A stretch of DNA of 64,000 nt, from the IMG/VR virus record IMGVR_UViG_3300020048_000013; one strand, given 5' to 3'. The stretch's first letter is position 1; each line of letters starts with the position of its first letter. The position numbers and the translations under genes are program-made. Positions 19,839 through 31,037 of the stretch are shown here, one piece after another. Source of the DNA: an uncultured virus (IMG/VR IMGVR_UViG_3300020048_000013). Lineage: Duplodnaviria; Heunggongvirae; Uroviricota; Caudoviricetes. The notes beneath the pieces are model-generated. The model was not told the origin of the DNA, did not search any database, and was given only the letters and a program-made list of their open reading frames with translations.

Positions 19839-22800
19839 TTAATTTATTATAAAATCAATACTATTTGTAATTGCATTAAATTTCATAACAGCACTTGTAC
19901 CCATTCTAAATTCTGTTGCCTGTATATCATTTGCTCCTAAGTTTACATCGTCATTAGCAACAAATTCAGTACCATCGTGCGTAAGAGTTCCTGTTCCTAT
20001 TGTAAGTAATTCATCTTCTGCTAATGTAACACCACTCGCTTTAAGAATATTATCACCCAAATCGATATTATCGTTAAATATAAAGTCGTTCCCATCATGT
20101 GTAATACTATAAATATCTTGCCACATCAATTTTCTATTGTAATCTAAATTCAAATTACCAGTCAAATCAATGTTTGTAATTATATCAGCAGTACCAACAA
20201 CCAAATTGCCTTTAATATATGTATCAAAATACTCATATTCCCATATCATACCAGCTTCATTCCAAGTTCTGATACTATGACCAACATAAGTGAAATGAGA
20301 TACTTTATCTATTGCAAAATATGGAGTACCTGCGCCTTGACCACCACCCTCATTTATAGAAAAATATTGCGCATCAGAACGAATATTATATGGTGTATCA
20401 TCAGATAAATTTATATATGCACCACTTGTATTATATATGTCTATAAAACCTCTGTTTAACCCTGTATGATTCCCATCAAAATTCCCATCCTCTTCTAAAT
20501 ATATATCTCCAAAAACATCTATGTAATTACTTTGTAAATCTGTTGAGTTCGGGTCACCTATTGCAACATTTCCATTTAAACAACCACCACTATAAAAAGT
20601 ATCTAAATCTGCTGAGGCTATGTTAGAGCAAATCCTACCAGCAGGTAATTCTGCATCACCAGAACCAGTTATTAAACCACTTACATCTAAATCAGAAGTG
20701 GTTCTTACTATTCCAGCACCTTTTGGAACTAATTCAATATCATAATCTGTTCCTGTTCCTTTCGCTTTCCATTGATTTTTAAGAGTATCTTGGTCTTCTT
20801 CAAAATGTTCAAATAATCTATCCAAAGTAACTTTCAAGGAAGGGTAATCTAATTGAGAATTATAAGTACCACCACCCCAAATTAAAATATTTTGAGTTGT
20901 TAAAGGAGAACCACTTCTTTTCGCTTTAACTCTTATTGCCATTTTTTCACCAGCAACAAAACTATGTTGAGCATTAGCAGTTATAAGGAATGTATAAGCT
21001 TCAATATTAGTTGTTAATGGAGCTACTAATTCTGCTGATGAAAAGGTATGTAATACAGTTCCTACACTATCCAAAATCAATAAATCAACTTGGAATGTTA
21101 CTCCTCTATTCGCAGTTGTTTTTTGCAAATACAAATAATTTTCAAACCTATCACCAATCTCAATAGATGTTCTATAATTCATAGCATCTTCAAATTCAAT
21201 CCAAGTTTCTAATTCCGTTTGAGTATTTTGAGAAACCGAATAAGTATTAGAAAATGATGATTGTGCCGTTAAACTTAATAATTTATTTATTCCGCTGTCT
21301 GTATTTGTTAAGTATGCAATTCTATCTTGGTAAACACTCAGAGCTTCTTTTAATCTTTGTTCTGTTATATATTCAGCATTTCTGTATGAACTTACTGTTG
21401 ATACTCTTTCAGCTTCCCACATTTTCGTTACACCATCAGCTTCAACTTGGAAAGAAGGTCTTAAATCATTGTGAGCAGAATAAACGGCCAATCTTGTATT
21501 AGTGTGACGACAAATTGAACTTAATTCAGGTTTTGTTGAATAACTAGTAACAGGAACTAATCTTAACCAATAACCTTCTGTACCATCAATAGTCTTTTTA
21601 GCCCAATCTACAAATGCTGTATTATCCCATTGTATATCTCCATTTGCGGAAAGATTTGTTGTTGAATCTATTGCATTTGGAACATCCACCCAAGTATCAG
21701 AACCATTCAAATATTGAACTTTGAAAGTACCACCTACACCATATTGTGATAATATAACATTTACAACACTCCATTTTGAAGCATTTCCAAGATAAAGATA
21801 ATGATTGGTATCTCCCAATATTTCAAAACTATCAGCTATACTACATTGAGTTGTTGCTGATTTGTAAGTATAATCTATAAATGATGAACCAGCATCCTCA
21901 GAAACTATAACTCTGTGTATCATTGGAGGTTTAATATCCATCGTGTATGGTGGGTCTTGCGAGAATCCTCTTACAGACCAACTATCATCTGCTCCGTGAC
22001 CTGTTGTTGCTCCGAATGTTATATAAACACCTTGTCTTAATTCATAAGGAGTAACTTGACAAGGAATAAGAGTTCCACCAGAAGTCCAAGTTGAACCTGT
22101 TCCACCTGCATTAACAGAATATTCCCATCTGAAAGTATCTGTTGCTCCACCTACGCTATCAATATAAACTCTGAAAGCTGTTGTTAAATTTCCTTCAAAA
22201 TTTCCACTTGCAGTTACATCATTTAATCCTGTTCCGTTATAAGCTACATAAGGACTTACTAAACTTGTTGGTCTGTTAAATCCAAATCTACCATTTCTAC
22301 TTATTACTAAAGGATTTTCTGTACTGTCCAAATTGTAAAAATACATAAAACGAGCATCTTCATTTCTCCAAGCACCTTGAATAGCCCATTTATCTACACC
22401 ATTATCCTTGAACACAATTTGTTTATCAGTATCAACAGGTCCGTCTAAAAATAAACTATTTTGTTGAATATTATCACCATTATCAGTAGTGTCTTGTGCA
22501 TTGATAATTACATTTCCAGACACTTCTAATTTTGCATCTCCAGTAGGTAACATTCCAATACCAAAATTTTCAGAGGCATCAATATTTAATCCTGTTGTTG
22601 CTCCGATATTTTGATTTGTTAGTTTGAAATATCCTTGAGCATCTATTCCCATATAAATTGTGCTGAGTAGATTTTGAAGATAAAAATATGGAGTAGAATT
22701 TTCATTTACATCCCACATACCAATATAAGTTTCCCCTCTCATGGCCAATTCAATTCCAGCATTATAATCTATATCAGAAATCATCGTAAAATAGGTACTA

Positions 22801-25800
22801 CCAAACATTCTGACTATTGTATTATCATCACCAAGTAAAATATTATTATCAAAAAATTCACTAAAATCTTCATCATTTACTGCATTTGCCCCAATCGCCA
22901 TAGAATTTAAAACTCTTGATTCTGCATGATTACCTATTGCAACTGTGTTGTCTTTTGTTGCCATACTATAAGAACCGATAGCAATAGAATCATCACCTGT
23001 AAATTGTTGTAAAGCATCAATATCTCCAATACTACTATTATTACCTATACTTATGGCTCTGTTAGCTTTATTAAAAATTTTTGAACCTTCACCTATTGCA
23101 ACACTTCTATTACCATCAATTACAGCTTCATAACCAATAGCAATATTTCCGCTATAAGCATATCCAGTTCCGGCATCAGCTAATTTTCCAATTGCTATAC
23201 TATTATCCATTTGTGCTTTTGAATCTGAACCAATCGCTATACTATCACAAAAATAATCATATAATCCGGGAACAGAAGGGTGTAATATTCTACCACCACT
23301 TACAGCATTATTACCTACTGAAATGTTGGAATTTGAATCTGTACCATCTGAACTAAGAGCATCTTTACCTATTTCTATATTTGGCGAATATGTAGTGTTT
23401 AAGGAATTTATGGTTATGTCTCTATTATCTCCAAAAATAAGGTCACCATTATATATTGATAAATCACCAGTAAATAAAAACCCGCCGATAGAATTATTAC
23501 CGAATTTAGCTATACCATCTAAACTATTATACTCTATACTAAAATTATTCGCACCACTATCAAGATAAAGAAAACTTGATAATTCTTCATCATTCCAAGC
23601 TTCTAATAACGAACCTTGAACCTGAGCACCAGATACAGAAGTATTTTCTATGTATAATTTTGAGGTAGCTCCAATTAAATCTACATCGCCTGTATTTGTT
23701 ATTTTACCACCATCAACCAATTTCAAACTTATACTATTGATTTTAAAACCATAAGAAGATAATCCTGTATTTGTGTGTAATACAAAATCTCCTGGATTGG
23801 AATTTGTTCTTATATATTTTTTTCCAGTCCAGTTATCCAAGTACATATTTGAATCTAATATTTCTGTACCTATATAAGTTTCCGATATTGGTGGGTTGGT
23901 CGAAGTAATATCCCAAGACAATTCATAATATTTATTTGGTAGTAAGGGTATTAAAAAATCTGAAGCACTTATAGTCAATGTACCTGTACTACTAAAACTT
24001 AAATATTCAAAACAATTACAAATAGCCGACCAAGCATAACCACCAATACCAATCCAAGGTAATCCGTTTGGTGCTATCGCTGCGGGTATTATTTCATCAG
24101 ACTTATTGGTACCCAATACAACTAAAAAATTATTATTATAAAGATTATCTGTGATTGTATCATTTGCTAAATATGAATCCATACCAGAAAATGGTATGTC
24201 AGTAAAACCAATCTCATTATATTTGTTAATGTTTATACCAGTACTACTTTCTAAATCGGAATTGTTGGATGCTATTTTAAATATATTATCAGATATAGAT
24301 TGACCAATAGTATAGGAAGCAATACTTTCCATATTCGGTAAGGTGTCTTTAATTGTGAAATGTAAACCCACAGAATTTTGATTAGAAGTTATATAATTTG
24401 ATAAACCATCACAACCAAACTTAAATTCGGATATTTTGTTTAATGATCCATAATTATAGAAAGTTCTAAAATATCCGTTGAACATATCCAAAACAGAATG
24501 TTCACTTTCTTGCACATCAGAAAATTCGCTGAATGGAGTTATGTAAACACTATCTTTAATCTGTAATCTATAATTAGATGAAGGTATAGAGCAAATACCA
24601 ACATAACCATCTTTGTTTGAAGTTATTATATTGTTGTATGGATAACCAAGAGTATCATCATCTTTTTTATAAGAAAGTTTGAATAAATCGTCGTAATAAC
24701 CGAGTCTCCACCCCTCATAGTCAACTACATATTCATTATAAACATATTCTATTTCGGTTGGATTTAAAACTTTATTAAACAATTTAAAATTATCAATTCT
24801 TCCGTTCCAAGGGTCACCAATATAACTTTCAATACCAACAAATGGAGATTCTAAACCTACTATACTCAATAAATCAGATGAACTCTTTTCTCCGTTAACA
24901 TAAAAAGAAATATATCTTCCTGTTAATATTACACCGACATGAATCCAAGTATTTGTTGGAAGATTTTCTGTTCCTGTTATGTTTGATTGTGTACCAAAGA
25001 AATTTGGATATGTAAATTTCAGATATTTAAAAGCTCCATCAGTTTTTACACCAAAGGAGTATTTTAAACCAGCAACATCAAAAGTATCAAATAAAATCTT
25101 ATCTATTGTTGATTGTTGTGTTGAATCAATATAAACCCAAGCAAATAGAGAAACTGTCAAATCAAGATGGGTATCAACATTAAATGGATTTTCATCATTA
25201 AAATTACTATCTATGGTTAGCCAATTTGTAAAATTTTCAGGTGCACCTACATAATTATCAACTAAATGAATTGAATTGTTGGCTATGTTATTTCTATCTG
25301 GTGTATAAGTTATATTAGTACCATTTATAGTACAATTCCAACCATTCTCTGAGGTATCATTAATATTATTATTGAAGTTATATACTAATTTTAATTCATC
25401 TGATGTATAGGTATATAATATTTCAGAATCGTTTATGAATTTTACTTTATAATCACCCATATCCAAATCTTCTGTATTGTCGGTATATTTTACATAACCA
25501 GATAAATCAGCATTTTGGTCTTTTTTCCAAATACCACCACGATACATAATCCAATCACCGATAGTAAAATCTATTGAAACCCCGCCAAAGGTTTGAGTTC
25601 CTGCTACAGAGGTTACATAAAAATCACCGTCATTTCCTGTTCCATCTACGAGAGTTGGGGTGTTTGTTAGAGCATTCCAAGAACCTTTATATTCTATTAC
25701 TGAATCTGGTAAATATTCAGCATCAATTTTTTTAAGTGAATTTAAACCAACATAACCATTTATTTCATTTTTTTCTGAAATTAATTGATAATCATCCAAA

Positions 25801-27368
25801 GGAATGTTACCTATTTCATCTATAATTTTATCAGCAGACCAAATGTCGGTGTTAGAAATGCCTAAATCGTTTATTCTATATGTAAATTTAAAAATTCCTT
25901 TGGTAGTATCCCAAGAAATAATTTTTCCTTGTTGTGTGCATCCAGTACTATCAACATCAAATAATTTAGTTAAATAATATTTTTCTAAAGATCCACCAAC
26001 AGCACCGCCACCAATACCACTAGCACCGCCCATAAAAACTGGATGTCTATTACTATCATCATCAGTATTTTTTATTTTTATAGGAGAACCCCATGTGCCG
26101 TCGGGTTTTTGCCAATATAAATAATTTCCTCTAATCTGATGGTCTGGTATTTTTCCTTCTGGTCCTCTAAACAAATCGGGATTATCTTTAACAATCTGTT
26201 CAATATCTTCTATATTGATACTTTTTTTATCAACTTCTTTTATTTTATTGACTATTTGTTTAATTTCAGTTTCTATATCTTTTTTGATATCTACAATAGA
26301 ATTTTGGATAAATTTTTGAATATCTTCATTTATACCATTAACATCTTTTTTGATGTTTTTAATTTCTTTAGTATTGTCTTTCGATAATTTATCTATTTTT
26401 TCTGTTATTTCTTGATCATATTTTTGTTCCAATAAAGAAACAATTAATTCCTGAATTTGAGAAGAATTTAATGCATTTTCATTAACTAAAGATAAATTAT
26501 CAAAAATATTTTTAGAGATATTTTGAAAATTTTCTTTTATTTTTTTAATATTTTTATTTTGTTTATTAAATTCTTTCTTGAGATCGATCAAATGATTTTC
26601 AAATTCTTCCGAATTTAATTTTTCTGATAATTTATTTTTGATATCTTCTCTTAATAAATCATGATTATTTTCTATCAATTTGATATGCTGAAGAGTTTCA
26701 TTTATATTATTATCATGACTTTCATTTAAAACTGTCAAACTTTTTATAGTTTCATTTAATGATTTTTGAATTTTAGATAAATTTTTTCTATATTCTTCAT
26801 TAATTTTTTCTATATTAATATTCAGAGAATTGATATTTTCTGTCAAGATACTATCTATTTCGTCGATATTTTTATTAGTATCTGATATATTTTCTGATAA
26901 TATATCAAAATCTTCTTGCAATTTTTTCTGATTTTCTAAAATAGATTCATCAATAATATCCAATTCTTTTTCTATGGATTTAGAAAATTCTTGAATAGAT
27001 GCGTTATTATCGTCTTTTATTATATTACAAACTTCATTAAGCTTATTAAAATCTTCTTGTAATTTATTTAAAATATTAACATTTATATTAGATATTCTAT
27101 CAGAAAACAATCTTTTATTTTTTTCATCAGAAATCATCTTGTTATTATATCTTTCTGATAATTTTGATAGTTGAGAATTTATGTTATTAACGATATCATA
27201 AACGTCATAATTTATTTTATTATATCTTAAATTATCAGTATTTTTTAATTTATCTAATTCTTCTGATATATATTTTTTAAATTCAAAAATATCTTTTTTA
27301 TTATTTAATATTTCTTCTTTTAAAAATTCGTCGTCATGTAATATTTCAACAACCTGAACATCTTTCAT
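19839..27368 (-). CDS. Giant (2509 aa) putative fibre/adhesin: N-terminal coiled coil, LamG-like domain, YadA-head-like repeats
   Basis: About 430 aa heptad-rich N-terminus; NTWIHVGV..FYVNG..GRIDNFKLFNKVL; repeated SIAIG/SVAIG. Confidence 0.65.
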   Translation of the reverse strand: MKDVQVVEILHDDEFLKEEILNNKKDIFEFKKYISEELDKLKNTDNLRYNKINYDVYDIVNNINSQLSKLSERYNNKMISDEKNKRLFSDRISNINVNILNKLQEDFNKLNEVCNIIKDDNNASIQEFSKSIEKELDIIDESILENQKKLQEDFDILSENISDTNKNIDEIDSILTENINSLNINIEKINEEYRKNLSKIQKSLNETIKSLTVLNESHDNNINETLQHIKLIENNHDLLREDIKNKLSEKLNSEEFENHLIDLKKEFNKQNKNIKKIKENFQNISKNIFDNLSLVNENALNSSQIQELIVSLLEQKYDQEITEKIDKLSKDNTKEIKNIKKDVNGINEDIQKFIQNSIVDIKKDIETEIKQIVNKIKEVDKKSINIEDIEQIVKDNPDLFRGPEGKIPDHQIRGNYLYWQKPDGTWGSPIKIKNTDDDSNRHPVFMGGASGIGGGAVGGSLEKYYLTKLFDVDSTGCTQQGKIISWDTTKGIFKFTYRINDLGISNTDIWSADKIIDEIGNIPLDDYQLISEKNEINGYVGLNSLKKIDAEYLPDSVIEYKGSWNALTNTPTLVDGTGNDGDFYVTSVAGTQTFGGVSIDFTIGDWIMYRGGIWKKDQNADLSGYVKYTDNTEDLDMGDYKVKFINDSEILYTYTSDELKLVYNFNNNINDTSENGWNCTINGTNITYTPDRNNIANNSIHLVDNYVGAPENFTNWLTIDSNFNDENPFNVDTHLDLTVSLFAWVYIDSTQQSTIDKILFDTFDVAGLKYSFGVKTDGAFKYLKFTYPNFFGTQSNITGTENLPTNTWIHVGVILTGRYISFYVNGEKSSSDLLSIVGLESPFVGIESYIGDPWNGRIDNFKLFNKVLNPTEIEYVYNEYVVDYEGWRLGYYDDLFKLSYKKDDDTLGYPYNNIITSNKDGYVGICSIPSSNYRLQIKDSVYITPFSEFSDVQESEHSVLDMFNGYFRTFYNYGSLNKISEFKFGCDGLSNYITSNQNSVGLHFTIKDTLPNMESIASYTIGQSISDNIFKIASNNSDLESSTGININKYNEIGFTDIPFSGMDSYLANDTITDNLYNNNFLVVLGTNKSDEIIPAAIAPNGLPWIGIGGYAWSAICNCFEYLSFSSTGTLTISASDFLIPLLPNKYYELSWDITSTNPPISETYIGTEILDSNMYLDNWTGKKYIRTNSNPGDFVLHTNTGLSSYGFKINSISLKLVDGGKITNTGDVDLIGATSKLYIENTSVSGAQVQGSLLEAWNDEELSSFLYLDSGANNFSIEYNSLDGIAKFGNNSIGGFLFTGDLSIYNGDLIFGDNRDITINSLNTTYSPNIEIGKDALSSDGTDSNSNISVGNNAVSGGRILHPSVPGLYDYFCDSIAIGSDSKAQMDNSIAIGKLADAGTGYAYSGNIAIGYEAVIDGNRSVAIGEGSKIFNKANRAISIGNNSSIGDIDALQQFTGDDSIAIGSYSMATKDNTVAIGNHAESRVLNSMAIGANAVNDEDFSEFFDNNILLGDDNTIVRMFGSTYFTMISDIDYNAGIELAMRGETYIGMWDVNENSTPYFYLQNLLSTIYMGIDAQGYFKLTNQNIGATTGLNIDASENFGIGMLPTGDAKLEVSGNVIINAQDTTDNGDNIQQNSLFLDGPVDTDKQIVFKDNGVDKWAIQGAWRNEDARFMYFYNLDSTENPLVISRNGRFGFNRPTSLVSPYVAYNGTGLNDVTASGNFEGNLTTAFRVYIDSVGGATDTFRWEYSVNAGGTGSTWTSGGTLIPCQVTPYELRQGVYITFGATTGHGADDSWSVRGFSQDPPYTMDIKPPMIHRVIVSEDAGSSFIDYTYKSATTQCSIADSFEILGDTNHYLYLGNASKWSVVNVILSQYGVGGTFKVQYLNGSDTWVDVPNAIDSTTNLSANGDIQWDNTAFVDWAKKTIDGTEGYWLRLVPVTSYSTKPELSSICRHTNTRLAVYSAHNDLRPSFQVEADGVTKMWEAERVSTVSSYRNAEYITEQRLKEALSVYQDRIAYLTNTDSGINKLLSLTAQSSFSNTYSVSQNTQTELETWIEFEDAMNYRTSIEIGDRFENYLYLQKTTANRGVTFQVDLLILDSVGTVLHTFSSAELVAPLTTNIEAYTFLITANAQHSFVAGEKMAIRVKAKRSGSPLTTQNILIWGGGTYNSQLDYPSLKVTLDRLFEHFEEDQDTLKNQWKAKGTGTDYDIELVPKGAGIVRTTSDLDVSGLITGSGDAELPAGRICSNIASADLDTFYSGGCLNGNVAIGDPNSTDLQSNYIDVFGDIYLEEDGNFDGNHTGLNRGFIDIYNTSGAYINLSDDTPYNIRSDAQYFSINEGGGQGAGTPYFAIDKVSHFTYVGHSIRTWNEAGMIWEYEYFDTYIKGNLVVGTADIITNIDLTGNLNLDYNRKLMWQDIYSITHDGNDFIFNDNIDLGDNILKASGVTLAEDELLTIGTGTLTHDGTEFVANDDVNLGANDIQATEFRMGTSAVMKFNAITNSIDFIIN

Positions 27369-27376
27369 ATAATTCC

Positions 27377-29350
27377 TTATTCTGCGATAATATTATTATT
27401 TTTTACAACATATATTTTATTATTTATCTTTATTTTATTATTTTCTTTCAGATTATGTTCCGTTATTAATTTTTTAATATCAATTAATTTACTAACATCA
27501 TCCTTTATATATGATGCTTCTTCGTCTTTTTTAGCTGTTTTTTTAACTAAATCTTTGTCGTTGAAATCTTGATTTTCATCTCCTTCGGCTCCAAATTCTT
27601 CATCTCCTTCGGCTCCAAATTCTTCATCTCCTTCGGCTCCAAATTCTTCGCCTTCTCCAGGAGCACCTTCTTCTCCAAATTCACCACCGAAATCTCCTCC
27701 ACCGCCACCACCAGCTTCGCCGCCGAATTCACCACCAAAATCTCCGCCTTCTTCACCGAAATCTCCTCCGCCGCCTTCAGGACCACCGCCACCACCGAAT
27801 TCGCCATCTTCTTTATCTTTTGCAAATTCGATGTCTTTTATTCTATAAGTATCTCTTTCTTTTTGCATATCATCCCATTCGCTTCTAGTGAATTTTAATA
27901 CGTTTCTAATAACCCATTCTTTTGTAAAATATCCACTTTCGATAAATTGTTCCATTCTTTCTAATATGCTCAATTTCTGGTCTAAAACATAAAATTCTTT
28001 CATTGTATTATAATAGTTATCAGATTCCCACACCAAAACAATTTTATTTTTTACTTTAAACCAATCTTCCATCGTCAATTGTCTTTTGGCAATCATATCT
28101 CTTTTTATACATTCGAAAAATATTTTTTCAAAATTTCTTCTATAATTTCTAACTTTTTTACTAAAATTTAATTCTTCCCTCAGTATATTTGGATCAGTTG
28201 ATGAAGTCCATCTAACTTCTACTGGTTCTTCCACAGATCTTCTTCTACTTTTAGGAATACCAAATGCACCATATATCTGTTTTATGAAATGGTCTAAGTC
28301 ATTCAACTCTCCCATATCCATATTTCCACCACCCAACATATCTACACTAGAACCTTCTCCTTCGGAATTTTTAGGAAACCAGAAGTTTTCTCCGATTACC
28401 CTAACCTGTTTCTGTTCGTCGAGTTCTCCTGTTGATGTATTGTAATATTTTTTCTGTTCATAAAGCCTCTTTAAACGAGCAACATATGACTCTGCCTTAT
28501 CTTTGGTCATCTTACCACAATCAATATGAAATACCCTACTATCTGCGCTATGTGTCAATCTATACATAATAAGGTTATCTTCAATTAAATGCAGTTGGTT
28601 GATACTTCTCATTGCATAAAAGATAGGAGAAACATACATCATTTTACTACTATCCCAAATTCCAGAGTTTATAATAACAATTTGTTCTTCCTGTAATTCT
28701 TCTATATTATTAAATCTTTGGTCTGCTGGAATAAGTAAATCCATATTATTAATATTGTTTTTATATTCTTCTCCTTCCTGTAAATAATATCTCCAAACAA
28801 ATCTTTTGGTATCTACCTGATATATTTTTCTCAACGAAAATGGCGACAATTGGTCTATTCTCGCAATACCTTCAGTAAGTTTTTTATTATCATATATTAT
28901 CTCAAATGGTAATATTCCATCAATAAAAAATTGAGTGAATAGAATATCTGCTTTTTGATCAAACTCCAATAACTCTTTAATTTTCACGAAAGAATCTTCG
29001 ATTTGTTCTGATATTTCTTCGCCATATATATCAGCAACTTTAGCAGTATCTATTTTAACAACTTCGTTTTCGAGAACAATAGCATCATTAATAATTTCTT
29101 CAATACATTCTTGAGGAATTGGATGCATTGCTAATTGTCTCCATCTTCTTATTAATCTATCTCCAGTAAGACCTGTTTCTGCATCCATACCGAACATATC
29201 AAAATTTATTCCACCAGCTCTACTATCTTCTACCGAAAATGTTATTTCTTTTCTCGTAGGATGATATATACTAACACTATAATTTGGATTTGCTATATCT
29301 TTTTCTGGGAAAAAATTTCTTTTAAGGCTTTCGTATAATTTATTAGCCAT
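27377..29350 (-). CDS. gp20: Portal protein with acidic Gly-rich C-terminal tail
   Basis: INQLHLIEDNLIMYRL, RVFHIDCGKM, ENFWFP, ILREELNFSK. Confidence 0.93.
   Translation of the reverse strand: MANKLYESLKRNFFPEKDIANPNYSVSIYHPTRKEITFSVEDSRAGGINFDMFGMDAETGLTGDRLIRRWRQLAMHPIPQECIEEIINDAIVLENEVVKIDTAKVADIYGEEISEQIEDSFVKIKELLEFDQKADILFTQFFIDGILPFEIIYDNKKLTEGIARIDQLSPFSLRKIYQVDTKRFVWRYYLQEGEEYKNNINNMDLLIPADQRFNNIEELQEEQIVIINSGIWDSSKMMYVSPIFYAMRSINQLHLIEDNLIMYRLTHSADSRVFHIDCGKMTKDKAESYVARLKRLYEQKKYYNTSTGELDEQKQVRVIGENFWFPKNSEGEGSSVDMLGGGNMDMGELNDLDHFIKQIYGAFGIPKSRRRSVEEPVEVRWTSSTDPNILREELNFSKKVRNYRRNFEKIFFECIKRDMIAKRQLTMEDWFKVKNKIVLVWESDNYYNTMKEFYVLDQKLSILERMEQFIESGYFTKEWVIRNVLKFTRSEWDDMQKERDTYRIKDIEFAKDKEDGEFGGGGGPEGGGGDFGEEGGDFGGEFGGEAGGGGGGDFGGEFGEEGAPGEGEEFGAEGDEEFGAEGDEEFGAEGDENQDFNDKDLVKKTAKKDEEASYIKDDVSKLIDIKKLITEHNLKENNKIKINNKIYVVKNNNIIAE
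27575..27646. repeat. 24-bp tandem repeat x3 inside the portal gene (EFGAEGDE)
   Basis: ttcatctccttcggctccaaattc three times. Confidence 0.9.
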
Positions 29351-29362
29351 TTATAACTCCTG

Positions 29363-30058
29363 TTATTTTTTTATAAATTTATTTATAGTTTTGTTCATGA
29401 AATTCTTCTGTTTTACGACGGATGGTGATGGATGTATTACAGTTTTTTTCAAACTTTTGTATTTGTTGAATATAACGTCATAATCAGATTCGGGAATTCT
29501 TACAACTCTACCAATTCTATTCAAATAATATTTTCTTATTGCTTGCATTGCTGGTCTTAGTTGTCTGGTATTTTTTATATCATTGTATAATAATAATGGT
29601 AATTCTCGTTCTTTTCCTGATTTTTTTAAGTATTCATAAGATATTCTTATATATTTCCAAAAAGTATATCTATAATGTCTAGGAATCCAATGCATATTAA
29701 CAGCCAACAACATTCTACCATGTTTTCCTTGCTGTAAACCAAGCATTATTACAAGAGGTCTGATATCCCATATATTAGGATTTGTTACTGGATTTTTGTA
29801 TGTAAAATAAAATATGCTATATGGATCAAATCTTTTTTGTTTAGCCAATCTTGCTAATTTTTTTTCTTCTTTTAATTGATTAACAAAATCTTTTTTAGCT
29901 TTTATGGCTTCCGCAATTTTACTTCTAGTTAATATCTGATTTCTTTTTTTAATTAACTTTCGTATGGCAATATCTACCTGATCACGAGTTTTATATTTAT
30001 TTCCATATTTTCTCGTGAGTTCAGCTAATCTTGCTCTATTTAATTTATTATCTGTCAA
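29363..30058 (-). CDS. gp2: DNA end protector protein
   Basis: FYFTY...WDIRPLVI...LAVNMHWIP...IRKYYL. Confidence 0.75.
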   Translation of the reverse strand: MTDNKLNRARLAELTRKYGNKYKTRDQVDIAIRKLIKKRNQILTRSKIAEAIKAKKDFVNQLKEEKKLARLAKQKRFDPYSIFYFTYKNPVTNPNIWDIRPLVIMLGLQQGKHGRMLLAVNMHWIPRHYRYTFWKYIRISYEYLKKSGKERELPLLLYNDIKNTRQLRPAMQAIRKYYLNRIGRVVRIPESDYDVIFNKYKSLKKTVIHPSPSVVKQKNFMNKTINKFIKK

Positions 30059-31037
30059 TTAAAGATATTCCTCTTTCAAATTGTTCCCAAAATTCTTCAT
30101 TTCTATATTCGTTTTGTATTTCTGCATGATGTTTATAATAATAATCTATTATTTCTCTTAAAGCTTTCAAACCAATTCTATATCTTTTATATAAATATAA
30201 ACCTTTTGTCAATAATCCTCGATTATGTAAAATAAAAGTTTTTTTATCATTATTTTCGAAAACATTAATCAAATAATCATCTACATAATCTTGAAATTCT
30301 TTATATTCTCTATCATATCTAATTCCATAATCATACATTTTATTCGCAACATCTTTAAATTTAAAATTTTCAAAATATTTTCCATCTTTACCAAAAATAG
30401 ACAAAGCTTCTTTATAATTTTTAGATTTTATTAAATTAAAAAATTCGACCAACCTCGCTTCGTGTTCTGCTTGAGATTTGCTATGACCAGCACCACCCAA
30501 ATAAGCATATTCATTATTACCATGAACTGCTTTTACGAAAGGATGTTCGTTATCGAATCTTTCTTTATTTTTTTTCAAATCATAATCCGCAAATTTATTT
30601 TTTCCCTGCGAATAATGAGTTATTTCATGAGCTATAATAGATAATATTTTAGAAAGATTTTCATTATTAATATTTATTTTTAAAGAATCCAAATATTTAA
30701 TCAATTGTTTTTTTGTTTTAAATGACGAATCTATTTCTGTTGGTCTTCCATCCATCGTTGTTGTAAATTGAATTAAACCAACAGTTATGCTTTGTTTTTT
30801 TGGATCAAAATATGAACTTGATGATCTCGGCACAAAAGATATAGGAAATTTTCGACCATTTATGTTAATAGGAAATTTTCTCATATAACCATTTTCATAT
30901 GTTCCGATTTCTGTAACTTTTTGCCCGTCTAAAGATAATAATATCATTCTCGATTGATGTAATACGTCGTCCAAAATTCCTTTATAATTAGAAAATTTTT
31001 CTAAAATGTTCATATACTGTTCATATAATTTGTTCAT
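30048..31037 (-). CDS. HExxH-containing hypothetical protein (possible internal head protein)
   Basis: IIAHEITHYSQ...EHEAR. Confidence 0.5.
   Translation of the reverse strand: MNKLYEQYMNILEKFSNYKGILDDVLHQSRMILLSLDGQKVTEIGTYENGYMRKFPININGRKFPISFVPRSSSSYFDPKKQSITVGLIQFTTTMDGRPTEIDSSFKTKKQLIKYLDSLKININNENLSKILSIIAHEITHYSQGKNKFADYDLKKNKERFDNEHPFVKAVHGNNEYAYLGGAGHSKSQAEHEARLVEFFNLIKSKNYKEALSIFGKDGKYFENFKFKDVANKMYDYGIRYDREYKEFQDYVDDYLINVFENNDKKTFILHNRGLLTKGLYLYKRYRIGLKALREIIDYYYKHHAEIQNEYRNEEFWEQFERGISLIDR

Noticed and set aside
27547..27898. Alternative-frame repetitive ORFs or a CRISPR-like array in the portal gene
   Set aside because: By-product of a coding tandem repeat; no spacers.
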